From Craspedostauros australis (taxonomy: Eukaryota): a stretch of 40,493 nucleotides of DNA. Shown here one piece after another: positions 1 through 11,100 of this stretch (positions are counted from its first letter, which is position 1; each line of letters starts with the position of its first letter). The stretch covers positions 1-40,493 of the forward strand of contig JALAGF010002295.1 of the NCBI GenBank assembly GCA_030167865.1, read 5' to 3'. Made by a program: the position numbers and the translations under genes. Below the pieces are notes generated by a model. The model was not told the origin of the DNA and did not search any database. It saw nothing but the letters and a program-made list of their open reading frames with translations.

Positions 1-2220
1 TGCTGCCAAGGATCCTCGGGATGCACTTCAGTCACCGGTTCCGCCTCCAACTCTCCTCCATTCATGACCATCGCCATTACAGCATGCACCGGCGACAGCG
101 CATGCAAAGATATGGGCCCCAATCCCCTCATCCTCGATTCCTCCTGCACTGGAGACAGTGCATGCGAGTTGATGAATGAGAACGAGATCAACCCGTCCAT
201 CACGGGAGTCACCTTCGTTGGTGAGATGGCATGCACCACCCCTCGATCTTGTGAGGGAGTGGGACGCCGTGCTCATGGCGATGTCACCATCCAGACTGGA
301 GCATGCATTGGGTCAGAGGCATGCAACTCCGCTGGCCGTCGTGTGGAGCAATCAGCACCATCTTTTCGCTTCCGCAGCCACATCGATATTGGTTCGAACG
401 CGTGCGTCGGCAGCAATGCCTGCAAGGATGCCCATTCCGCTGTCAATCATGGGACTGGTGGCAAGTATGCAGGCAGCCTGACCATTGGTGCTGGCGGTTG
501 CGCCGCCGATGGGTCATGCGAGAAAATGGGCTTCAGTGACAGGATGAGAACCGACCTCGTCGTCCCTCCTGGTGGATGCGGCAGTGTCAAAGGCTGCAGG
601 GGATGCATGACGAAGACGGAGTGCGCCTCCGACAAAGTCTACATCATCAGCGATGTCGATGGGGCCTGTCCAAAGGGAGGCAATGACAGCAACATGAATC
701 CCACGGGTGACAAAGTGGAGGAGTACTGCATTGCCCAAGACACCTTGCCCACAGACTGTCCAACTTTCTCTCCAACTCCTTTCCCAACACCTGCCACGTC
801 ACCTCCCACATCAGCCCCCACTGCTCCAACTTCAGCACCGACATCAGCCCCCACATCGGCTCCTACATCGGCTCCCACATCGGCTCCTACATCGACTCCG
901 ACGTCAGCCCCCACATTGGCTCCAACATCAGCCCCCACATCGGCTCCTACATCAGCTCCGACGTCAGCTCCCACATCGGCTCCTACATCGACTCCGACGT
1001 CAGCCCCCACATCAGCTCCTACATCGACTCCGACGTCAGCTCCCACATTGGCTCCTACATCGGCTCCAACGTCAGCTCCCACATCAGCTCCTACATCGGC
1101 TCCGACAGCGGCTCTGACAGCGGTCCCCACTGCTCCTACATCGGCTCCCACATCGATCCCAACTCTCAGCCCAGCATCCTTCACCGTAGGATGTCTCTCA
1201 ACAGCGGGTAACTACACATTACCGTTCAATCCCATCGATGGTGACATATTGTGCGATGGTGCTACAGGCACATGCGCGGCTTTCGTTGCTGCGGTCGACG
1301 GCCTCGGTGACAAGGGGAAGATGATCAAGAGCATCTTTGGATGCGATGATTCAGACCCTCCACAGCCTGTGACATTGCAGGAGGCGCAGGAACGCTTTGA
1401 CAACATCAAGAACAACGAAAGTGTGACCAGCGCACTGGTGACGATCGTGAACGAGGGCAAAAAGCTCTTCACTGGTAGTGTGAATGTGCTGGATCGTGAC
1501 TGTGATGGCTCATGCTGCATTGATGATGGTCCTCTTGCTGGTGTTTTTGATGTTTGCGTCACTGAAGGCCAAGTCAGTGTCATGACGGTGAGTTCAGGGT
1601 CATGTGTTGGGGGATCATCATGCTTCGGAGTGCGGCCTAACACAATCATACTTGACAGTTGCAAGGATGATTCTGCCTGCTTAAACATGGGCAGCTTCTC
1701 TCCAAGTCAGCCAGCTGCTGGTGTCAAAGTCGGGTCAGTGGTGATCGGGCCAGGGGCTTGTCTTGGACAAGCCAGTTGCGCTTCTATGGGAGCAAACATC
1801 TTTGGCGATATACGAATAGAAGAAGGAGCATGCGATTCATACGCTTCATGCGTAAGACTTGCTGAGCGCAACAACCAAGGGTCTGCAACCATGACACCCA
1901 TCGTGGCAAGTGTCTTCATCGGAAAGAAGTCATGCAGAGGGTGTTTCGCTTGCGGCAGCTTGCACGCTGGGAGCAGATTTGCAGGAAACGTGATCATCGA
2001 AGACACTGCCTGCTCGGGCGAGAACACGTGCGATCAGCTTGGCTACGGTGACAGTTCAACCAATGACATCATCATCAAACAAGGAGTCTGTACGGCAGAC
2101 GCCAAGTGCACCAATTGCGCCCAAGGACAATTGTGCATGTCGGCCAAAGAGACGTACGTAATCGACGACGCAGGCGAGGACTGCCCTGCACCATCCTCAC
2201 TTGCCTGCGAAGTACTCTAA
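1..2220 (+). CDS. Cys-rich, probably extracellular protein with two CxGxxA/SC repeat domains separated by a PTSA mucin-like linker; 5'-partial
   Basis: The frame is open from base 1 (CCQGSSGC...) through ORF 64..2220 to TAA. Many C-x-G-x-x-[AS]-C units in both halves, a central (PTSA)n tract. No start or signal peptide lies in the window. Confidence 0.8.
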   Translation, partial: CCQGSSGCTSVTGSASNSPPFMTIAITACTGDSACKDMGPNPLILDSSCTGDSACELMNENEINPSITGVTFVGEMACTTPRSCEGVGRRAHGDVTIQTGACIGSEACNSAGRRVEQSAPSFRFRSHIDIGSNACVGSNACKDAHSAVNHGTGGKYAGSLTIGAGGCAADGSCEKMGFSDRMRTDLVVPPGGCGSVKGCRGCMTKTECASDKVYIISDVDGACPKGGNDSNMNPTGDKVEEYCIAQDTLPTDCPTFSPTPFPTPATSPPTSAPTAPTSAPTSAPTSAPTSAPTSAPTSTPTSAPTLAPTSAPTSAPTSAPTSAPTSAPTSTPTSAPTSAPTSTPTSAPTLAPTSAPTSAPTSAPTSAPTAALTAVPTAPTSAPTSIPTLSPASFTVGCLSTAGNYTLPFNPIDGDILCDGATGTCAAFVAAVDGLGDKGKMIKSIFGCDDSDPPQPVTLQEAQERFDNIKNNESVTSALVTIVNEGKKLFTGSVNVLDRDCDGSCCIDDGPLAGVFDVCVTEGQVSVMTVSSGSCVGGSSCFGVRPNTIILDSCKDDSACLNMGSFSPSQPAAGVKVGSVVIGPGACLGQASCASMGANIFGDIRIEEGACDSYASCVRLAERNNQGSATMTPIVASVFIGKKSCRGCFACGSLHAGSRFAGNVIIEDTACSGENTCDQLGYGDSSTNDIIIKQGVCTADAKCTNCAQGQLCMSAKETYVIDDAGEDCPAPSSLACEVL
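802..1165 (+). repeat. 12-bp coding minisatellite (CCNACRTCRGCY) encoding about 28-30 PTSA/PTST/PTLA units
   Basis: Directly visible: cccacatcggct / cctacatcggct / ccgacgtcagct units. Confidence 0.95.
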
Positions 2221-2399
2221 TCATCACATACACAGCCACGCATACTAGCATGCTGTAGTTCGCAATCGATCATCATTTTCCTCTTATGTGCTGACAAAGC
2301 AGAGCACTCTGTGACGAGTATGCAACTCTAGCTTCACTTGTGTGTTCTAGATCATCTCAAACACTAATTGAGTTGAGGATACTGGCTTGATGCCAAATG

Positions 2400-3146
2400 T
2401 TTTTTTGTCGTTGCTGTTGCTGCTGTTGCTTGTCGCTTCAGTGAGGACATGCATCACATTGTCGATGCGCTTGATTCCTTCTTGCGGGATTGCAATGACT
2501 GCAACGATGGCCTCAAGCTCTTGTTCCACCTCCACAGGCCCCAGCCCAAAGTCAGCAGCGTTGCCTCTCCCAGCATGACCAGGATGTGTCATGGCATCCA
2601 CCTTCATCTGGGGGCGCATATTTGCAATGGGTATGGCCATTCCTGCGATGGAAGGATCCTCTGGCTGGATCCGCTTCAGGAACGGAGTCCTCTGGTACGA
2701 CACAGGCTCAGAAGCCTGTTCCACTTGTTCATTGTTGGTGTTCCCTTTCTTGATGGACTCAACAACTTGAACCCAAAGCTCGAACAGATGCTTGTGCTCA
2801 AGGATGTCACAGATAGAATTGGGGACTTCGATGGCACTCTGCAACAGAGCCACAAACGCTCCGCCCCGCCGCACCCTGAGCCTTTCTCAATGGGGCGACA
2901 GATGAAGAGACCGTCCACCCCAGTATCAACCTTTGCCTTGCCATGGCTGGCCATGCCCCAGTGATTGAGACCTCCAGAAACCACGTTTGTAAAGAATGCC
3001 TTGCCAATTTCTCATTGAGACCACCACAGAAATCCACTCCACCAGCCATCCTCACTTCGAAGAGAGAGAGAAGCTCCAGCTCCGACAAACCGACTGGATC
3101 AACCAGCATCGCGCTGCACGACTCGCCACCCAAACTGCCCCCTTGA
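2400..3146 (+). pseudogene. Probable decayed gene relic of unknown family
   Basis: ORF 2449..2964 and an adjacent frame (about 2883..3146) give protein-like text joined by an apparent frameshift near 2885. The ORF has 13 His, 5 Cys and only 1 Tyr, and long TpA-free tracts are present. Confidence 0.35.
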
Positions 3147-3911
3147 ACCCAACCCCCTCTGCCAAGCAACACGGAGCCAGCACCATCGAAGCTGAGATGA
3201 GCTGCGGCCTCAGTGAGGTCAGAACAAGACGACATGATGAAGAAAAGAACGGAGAGAGGATCCAAACATCTCCCACACCAACTTGCACTGTTGTTGCCTC
3301 ATGAGATGTCTGTATGTGTGATCCTGCTCCATGTTCTGTTGTTGTTGGTCCTGGTGCGGCTTCTGTTGTTACGGGGTTGTGGTCTTCATCACTCAGCAGC
3401 GACGGGCCTACATCGGTAGGTCTTTCTAGCATCCCAAGGCTGGGAGGCGTTCACGAGCGTGCCCCTGAGTCCTGACTGGCGATGGTTTCCTGATGCTGTG
3501 TTGGTCACGTCGTCACCGTGTCTGTTTCTTGTGTGTGTGGTTCCTGGGTTAATTGATACAACCTGGGACAACACACCACCATCATGATGCAGCAAAGTCT
3601 CTGTTTGTGATGTTTCCAACCACAGCAAGGCTACTATGTACGACTACATACTTGTACGTACATCCACAGAACGTGGATGTTGCAGACTGCGGAGGTGAAG
3701 TGCGCAATTCAGACATAGATGCATTCGACCCGCTGGAGGATGGAGAGAAGGCCAGACCGTGGAGAACCATTCGAACACAACAATTTTTCTTCAACTTTCC
3801 GCATTTTCTCCACAAGTTTGCTGGGTAGAACAAAATAAACGCAAATGGTGCGCAAAAAGATGAAAATCTAACACTAATTTTCTGAAGCGTCGGCACAGAA
3901 TCCACAAAAGC

Positions 3912-3960
3912 ATCAACGTCAACAAACGTCAACAAACGTCAAGCAACGTCAACAAACGAC
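3912..3960. repeat. 10-bp tandem repeat (AACGTCAACA), about 4-5 copies, upstream of the BASS gene
   Basis: aacgtcaaca aacgtcaaca aacgtcaagc aacgtcaaca aacgac. Confidence 0.85.
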
Positions 3961-4187
3961 ACCAACAACCATCCTCGCCACACCATCCAGAACAGCATCC
4001 AAATCTTGCGAAAGCGCTGGAGGGCATCTACCCCGCATAATCCTTTTGCTTGATCTTCTTGCTCTTCTTGCTCATCATTCCGAGAGGACAGCATTTGACA
4101 AGCAACAGCCCACAGGCACCGCGCGAACGACCGCATTCATACTCATTCATCACAAGTTATTTCAGGAGACAAGAAATCGCGTGCACG

Positions 4188-5537
4188 ATGACGGCCACAG
4201 CATGCCTCAGGATCACGTTCGCGATCGTCGCCACCTTGTTCGCATCACAGTCGATGGCGTTTCAAACGAGAACGCGGCCGCATGCGGAGAAGAGAATGAC
4301 GCATCACGACGTTGTGGGGAATAACTGTGGCGCTTCGTCCGTTCTGCGATATTCCGAAGATCGGGAACATCAGCACAGGTTCAAGCCGCAAGCAGTCGTA
4401 ATTTCGTCATCGAGCTATCACGCAAAAGTCGGGACATCGACGAGGCTTCGCCAATCCATGCTGTCCGATGGCAACGTCAATGGCGTGCCGCGTCCGGCTC
4501 GATTGGATCAGATCCTATCCACCTGCACTTCGGCGTTCCCTTTCTTCGTGCTGGGTTCCGCGCTGCTGGGCCTCTTCCGTCCCTCCACCTTGCTGTGGAC
4601 CAACAAGGGGTCGTTGATCACCTTCATGCTGGCCAGCGTCATGTGCGCCACGGGCCTCACGTTGGAGAAGAAGGATTTCACGACCGTCCTGGAGCGCGAT
4701 TGGGCGGCCGTGCCCACGGGAGTGCTGTGCCAATTCCTCATCATGCCATTCACCTCGATGATCCTGGGGCGGTTGCTGCTGTTGAACGCCGGCGATGCGC
4801 AGCTGGGTCCTGCCATGTTCCTGGGATTGTGCTTGGTCGGCTGTTCGCCAGGCGGCACGGCGTCCAACTTGGTGTCGCTCATCGCCAACGCCGACGTGGC
4901 CCTGTCGGTGCTGCTGACATCGTGCTCGACCTTGCTGGCGGCCTTCGCGACGCCGTTGCTCGTCAAGCTGCTGGTCGGCAGCACGGTGCGCGTGTCGGGG
5001 TTGGCGTTGTGCAGCGCCACGGCCAAGGTGGTCCTGCTGCCCGTGCTGTTCGGCATGTTCGTCAATGCCAAGGCGCCGGGTTTGTCCAAGCGCGTGTCGC
5101 GGTTCACGCCGTTCGCGTCGGTGCTTTTGGTCAGCATGATCTGCGGCGGCGTCGTGGCGCAGAATTCCGGTCTCCTGCTACAGTCGTCGTCGCTGCTGCC
5201 GCGTATGGTCGCCGCGGTGCTGGGATTGCATTGCGTGGGATTTTTGGTGGGATACACGGTGCCCAAATTAGGAATGAAGTTCTCGGAGACGACGAGCCGC
5301 ACCATTTCCATTGAGACGGGCATGCAGAACTCGGCGCTTGCCGTTGTTCTGGCGCGGTCGATCGGTGCCGATGCCGTGGCCAGTCTGCCCGGAGCATTGT
5401 CGGCCACCGCGCATTCCTGCTTGGGGAGTCTGCTGGCCGCCTACTGGAGGGGACGCAACTTTCGCCTGGACCAAGTGCAGGAGAAGCTAGATGTCAAGGC
5501 GGAATCGCCGGATGATTACCCAGAGCTGCTCATATGA
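4188..5537 (+). CDS. Bile acid:sodium symporter (SBF/BASS family), probably plastid-targeted
   Basis: Motifs MxxxGLTL, LVGCSPGGTASN, TISIETGMQNSALA and multiple TM helices. From ATG 4188 there is a signal peptide ending SMA-F (ASAFAP-like) followed by an Arg/Ser-rich transit region. Single exon. Confidence 0.9.
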   Translation: MTATACLRITFAIVATLFASQSMAFQTRTRPHAEKRMTHHDVVGNNCGASSVLRYSEDREHQHRFKPQAVVISSSSYHAKVGTSTRLRQSMLSDGNVNGVPRPARLDQILSTCTSAFPFFVLGSALLGLFRPSTLLWTNKGSLITFMLASVMCATGLTLEKKDFTTVLERDWAAVPTGVLCQFLIMPFTSMILGRLLLLNAGDAQLGPAMFLGLCLVGCSPGGTASNLVSLIANADVALSVLLTSCSTLLAAFATPLLVKLLVGSTVRVSGLALCSATAKVVLLPVLFGMFVNAKAPGLSKRVSRFTPFASVLLVSMICGGVVAQNSGLLLQSSSLLPRMVAAVLGLHCVGFLVGYTVPKLGMKFSETTSRTISIETGMQNSALAVVLARSIGADAVASLPGALSATAHSCLGSLLAAYWRGRNFRLDQVQEKLDVKAESPDDYPELLI

Positions 5538-5686
5538 GGCAAGGCTGCCCATGCTACCGTTCCTACTCGTACTATTTGCACGTATGCACAAGTGAATGCA
5601 TCCACACGAGAGGCGAGGAACATTAAAGAATGCCAGTGCATCTACAATCAGTGTCCTAATGTACCAATGTATGAGTATACTTGAAC

Positions 5687-7553
5687 TTAAAACTTGAAGT
5701 CCTTGCCAAGATCGCCGTATTCGTCGGAGTCCTTCTTGCTCTTTTTCTTCTTCTTGCCTTCGGTTGCCTTGACGAGAACGCTCTCGGCACCAGCGGCTGC
5801 TGCAGCGCCGTCGCCCTTCTCCTCTTGACCGGGCAGCACGTACTCGACAGATGATTTGAAGACGGCGGTGTCGGGTCCGTCGGCGGTCGGATTGCGTTCG
5901 GACAGCACGGTGTACAGTTGTTTCTGCGGTTTGGCAGGCGTCTCATCGCCTCCGACGTCCTTGCGCAGGTTGATTGCGGCGGCCACCGTGGGAGCCTCCT
6001 CCTCTTCCTCCGAGCCTTCCGTGTTGACGGATTCGTCCATGCCGTCATCGCTGTCCGATTCTGATTCGGATTCCGACTCGCTTTCCTCGTCATCATCGTC
6101 ACCGTCGTCGTTGTCGCCGAGTGGCATACCGCCCCAGTAATCTCTCAGCAGAGTGCTGCCGCTCGATGTGACCAGGGAACCCTTCTCCTGCTCGCTCGTC
6201 TTGCTGCCGGGTGGGTCGAAGGGGTTGCCACCGTACGTGGGGTTGCCGTAGGCATCCGTCGGTGGTTTTCCTTCGCGATGTACGGGGAGTTTGGTACGGT
6301 GTAGAATGTAGTAACGTAAAATGAGAAATCAATAAATGGGTGAGACGATGATGGACAACGGGCACATTCATGAATGCGACAATGAACGAAATGCCCTGAT
6401 TCCTCTCGCACCAATGTCAATGTCAATGGCAATCGCGATGGGGATAGACAAGGCCACACCAATTACAGTATTGCCAACACAACAGCCGCGACAAAATCAT
6501 CCATCCACCATGGCACTTACCCCATCCACCAGGGTGGAAACCGTACTGGCACTTATCGCTTGGTAGAGGGGCGTTGAGTCCAGGAATCTTGAGAGTCCCG
6601 TAGCTCGGTGGTGGACCGTACCGCTGCATGTTCATGAGGTAGGGCGGAGGTGAAGTCTCGTTGATCATTCCAAGCGCCTCGCGCAGATCCTTGCTGAGCA
6701 CACCGCCCGGCAGAATATCCTTGGAGGTTTCCAATTCCTTGCCCTCGTAGTACAGATCGCCGAAGCCGGTGAGGTTGGCGGGCTTCGTCTGATGCTTGAA
6801 GAAGGCCTCGTGCAGCACGCCGTAATCCACATCCATCGCGCCCATCTTGGGTGCCATGCGGCTGCGGTTCTTTTGCTTCGCGGACTGATCGGCCTCATCA
6901 TCGGCCAGCGTGTCGCGGATCTGCGCGATGCCCGTCTTGAGGATGAAATCCGGCAGCTGGAACGGCGCCTTCTCGTAGCCGCGTTTGCCCTGCAGGTACT
7001 TGCGCTTGCGTCCCCAATGGCGCGGCACCGGCACCGTTCCGTCGACGGATTTGAGCTCGATGAGGAAGTCCGGATTGTCGGCCGTGATGTCATGCGCGTC
7101 GACGAGGTCGGGACGTTGCACGCGTCGCTTCAGTTCGGAGACGCTGGGTCGCGTCATCTCCCTCCATTTGCGTTTGCTGACGCGGTTGGCATCGTCCTCG
7201 TCGTCATCGTCATCCTCGTCGCTGTCGCCGTCCGCCTTGGCCGCGCGCTTAGCATCGTTCTCGTCGTCCGTGATGACCGACGAGATGTTGGCGCGTTCCT
7301 GGTATCGCTTGAAGACGGCCTCGAGGTCGTTGAGGTCCTCCTCCTTCGGCGGCAGGCCGTCGTTCGTGGCCGCTGGCTTGCCGCTCAGCGTGGTCTCCGT
7401 CACGTACTCGATCTCGACATCGACATCCTCCGCAGCGTCTTCCTGCTTCGTATCTGCCTTCTGCGCTGCCTCCTCCTGCTTCAGCTGTTCCGCGCGTTGC
7501 TTCTTCTTGCGCTCGCGCTTGCGGCGGTTGCGCTCGGCCGTGGAGAGTCCCAT
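5687..7553 (-). CDS. SF3B2: Splicing factor 3B subunit 2 (SAP145/Cus1); exons 7553-6521 and 6270-5687, 538 aa
   Basis: VPVPRHWGRKRKYLQGKRG, FQLPDFI, PKMG..D.DY..LHEAFF, GDLYYEGKE, PPPYLMNMQRYGPPPSY and FHPGGWG|KPP joined across GT-AG intron 6520-6271; C-terminus KDFKF. Confidence 0.95.
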
Positions 7554-8126
7554 CTTGCTTGTTTGGGTTGTTGGGTATCCTCGCAGAGGGTGGATGCAAC
7601 TCTGCTTCTGTTTCTATTTCTGTTTGTTGTGTCGTGTTGGGTTGGGTTGAGCGCTTCTCCTTGTGATCGCGACAGTCGGCGCGAAACGCAAAAAACGGCG
7701 GCAGTCCACGATGATGGGTGGTGAGAGTGTGCTGGAGCCGGCCAGACGATGCTGAGACGATTCCATCAATGTGAGGTGTTGCGTCGAAATAGTATTTTAT
7801 TGTAATTGTGAATCTGTATTGTTCATAACACTTACTAGCATGTACAGCACATAGTAAATACAGATTATTTATAATTGCACATAACTTTCATATCGTAACG
7901 AATTGTTGGTCTCCAAGTCGGCATTTCTTCACGCAATCGCAGTCTTGCACAGTCACCTGCAACATCATTGGCGCCGAAAGTCTTTGACACAATTGGTACG
8001 TACGAGTGCACACATTCGGGTGAGAACAAGATCCAACGCACCGCCCAACACCCGCACTCGCGCAGCAGGCAAGAGCGTTGCCGCCCGTGGCAGATCCAGC
8101 AAAGGAAAGGATTAGACATCTCCACG

Positions 8127-11100
8127 ATGGGAAAGTCCAAGAAGAAGGAAAGCGGGGCCAAGAAAAGCCAACCCGCATGTGCGTGCGATCATCCGTACAA
8201 ATGTGTATGCGGCAACCGACCCGAACGTCCATCGAAAGGACACAAGTGGGATCCGGAGACGCAGCAATGGGGCGGCAAGGGACACAAGCAGAAGGGGGCG
8301 TCGGGCCAGACATCCTCGGCCTCGCAGGCCGCCACGACGACGACCGTCGGCAAGACGAAGGTGGCGCAATGGCAGAGGCTGCCATCGCAGCTGCTGGGGG
8401 AGTTCTGCAAGAAGGACCGCAGGAGGCCGCCCAAGCTCAAGGACGTTGGCAGCCGCGGCAAGCACAAGCACCGCTGCATCGTGCCGGATGCCAAGGATCC
8501 CAACAAGGACCTCTTCTTCGTGCCCAGCGAACCCGTGCAAAACGAGGAGCAGAGCAAGGAGGAAGCGTGCTTGCTGGCCTTGCTGGCACTCACGCCCTCC
8601 CTGCCGCACGAACGCAAGCTGCCCGAACCGTACAAGACGACCTGGTTGCATGCCATCGAAGCCGTGAAGAAGAACAATTCCGCCAACAAGAAAGGTCCGA
8701 AAGCGAAGAAGACTGCGTCGCCAGATGCAAGTGCCACAAACCAGCCTCCCAAACATGGTGGCAACAGCATGGCCAAACCTTCGTCAGGTGGTGGCGGCGG
8801 CGGCCGTGGTGGAGGCGCGAAAGCCTCCACATCCCTAACGTCGTCGAGCTCCTACACATCCGCAGCGGATCGCAGACGTCAGATGGATGCAAAGCGTCGC
8901 GAACGTAATGCGCGTGTCCGCAAACACGAAGCCATCCGCATGGCCAATCAGCGTCATCCGGTCTTTCTGTCCGCCTCCTTGCGCCAGACCATCGAGCAGA
9001 TCCTGCGTGGCGATACCAACATTAACCTCAACGACGATGACGATGACGATGAATATGATGAAGACGGCGAGGCGAAGGACAACGAGAACGACGACAGATC
9101 TGACGTGCAGACGTACGTGGAGGAACGGTTGCACACGGAGGGTTTCACGAGGAAACACGTTGCGAAGGCATTCAAGCAGCTTCCATCATCAGTGCATCAA
9201 TGCGACGACGAGGAGTGGGACAAGATCTACGAAGAGTGCCTGCAGTGGCTGCTTGTTCATCTTGACGAGGCGCAACTGCCCGAGGGACTTGATCCCAGAG
9301 GCCGAGGCCTGGATGTTCTCGTCTCTGCGAACCCATCATCCAGTGCCAACGGTGGCGGTCAGAGCACCGCTGGCGAGAACGGCAAAGACGATTCGGAATC
9401 GGTGCTGTCGAAGGACGTCATCCACTTCGCGAAGCAGTTCGGACTGTCACCATCGGAAGCCATCAGTCTTTGCGGCAAGACGAAGAACGCAGATAAAGAG
9501 AGCGAACTTTGGCAAACACTTAAAGACATGTCCGACTACAAGGCGGTGCAGACCACCGCACCTGAGGCTGACAAGCCAACAGAGCAATGGCAAGAAGAAC
9601 TGGAGGCGCTCAGCGCCATTTACGGTGAGGACTTCAAGATCATGGAATCAAAAGGCTTATCCACGGTAGTGCTGCCACTCGAAGATGACCTCACGATATG
9701 CATCTCCATCCGGACAAAGGCCTATCCCAACTGCTTCCCAGAGCGCATCCTCGTTCGGTGCGCCAACAAGCAGTCCTGGCCGTCCAACCAAGGCATCGCG
9801 CTTCACATTGACATGCTCAACGATGCAGCGACTTTGTCCACGGGCGACCCCATGATCTTCGAACTCCATGGAATGGCCCAATCGTCGCTGTTCAAGCTTA
9901 CGGATGGATCTCTCACTCCACTGTCCTTGCCCGGCACCGCGCGAGAACAGCCATCGTCTGGGCAGCAGAAACAGCAACCGCACAAGCCCAGCGGAAAAGA
10001 TAATCCTTCGGCGAAAGCCACGAAGCAACAAAGCGGCCGCCAATCCAAGCGTCCGAACAAGCGGTATCTCCGACCCAGAGACCGAGCACCATTCTGGTCC
10101 CTCTCACCGCAGAAAACACCTCCCGCCACCGCATTTCCGAGCATACCAGGTAGCATGAAGAGAATCCGACAATCCCTCCCGGCCACGAAGGCACGCCAAG
10201 AGTTCTTGGACACGCTCAAGAAGTCAGAAAAGACTGGCCGTGTGGTGCTGGTGCAAGGCGAAACCGGTTGCGGTAAGTCGACGCAGCTGCCGCAGATAAT
10301 TTTGGAAGAGTTCCCAGCCTCGGCCAAGATCGTCGTCGCCCAACCTCGTCGCCTTGCTGCCACCGGCGTGGGCGCTCGCGTCGCCGAGGAACGCGGTGAA
10401 ACCCAACCAGGCAAGGCGAGCGTGGGATACGTGGTGCGTGGTGACACCGCCATGTGCAAGCACACTCGATTGGTGTTCTGCACAACCGGAGTGTTGCTGC
10501 GACAATTTCAGAACGATGGTGCGTTGGATGCCATCACCCACGTCGTGGTGGACGAAGTCCATGAGCGTCATCTTGATACGGACGTGTTGCTGGGGTTGCT
10601 GAAGGTAGCGCTGCACAAGTATTCTCATCTCAAAGTCATTCTCATGAGCGCTACGCTGGACGCGGACCGATTTGCTGCGTACTGGGGACCGAAAACGCCC
10701 AAAATGTTCATTCCAGGACGCACGTTCCCAGTGAAGAGCTACTTTTTGGAGGACGTGCTGTCGCTGACTGGCTACATGCCTCCGAAGAAGCGGAAAGGCA
10801 AGCGGCGTTACAACACCCAGCGCCCACGCCGATCCTCGCCGTGGGATGATTCCGAGATGTCCGATGAAGAATCTGTCGACGAAGGCGACAACGCCGATGC
10901 CGACGAAGATGCTGACGGTGAGTACTCGAACGATCCCGCGAACACCACACCAAAACACTACTTCAACATGGAAGAGATGGCGAAGCGTGTGGACGAAGCC
11001 AACGTGGATTACGACATGCTGGGGAGCTTGGTTTCGACTCTGCTTCGAACGAAGGCCACCATGGGAGGTTCTATTCTGGTGTTTTTGTCCGGTGCACCCG

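Noticed and set aside
639-1184. (VGAD)n ORF on the - strand
   Set aside because: Reverse complement of the PTSA repeat.
2347-3700. Copia gag or DUF2235 identity for the relic
   Set aside because: Only vague resemblance; no LTR, zinc knuckle, RT/integrase or complete motif could be supported.
7968-8126. Upstream ORF extensions to non-ATG starts (also 4050-4187, 22659-23084, 25134-25427, 31725-31970)
   Set aside because: ORF-finder extensions into 5' UTR or promoter sequence; the downstream ATG starts are more plausible and most give coherent presequences.
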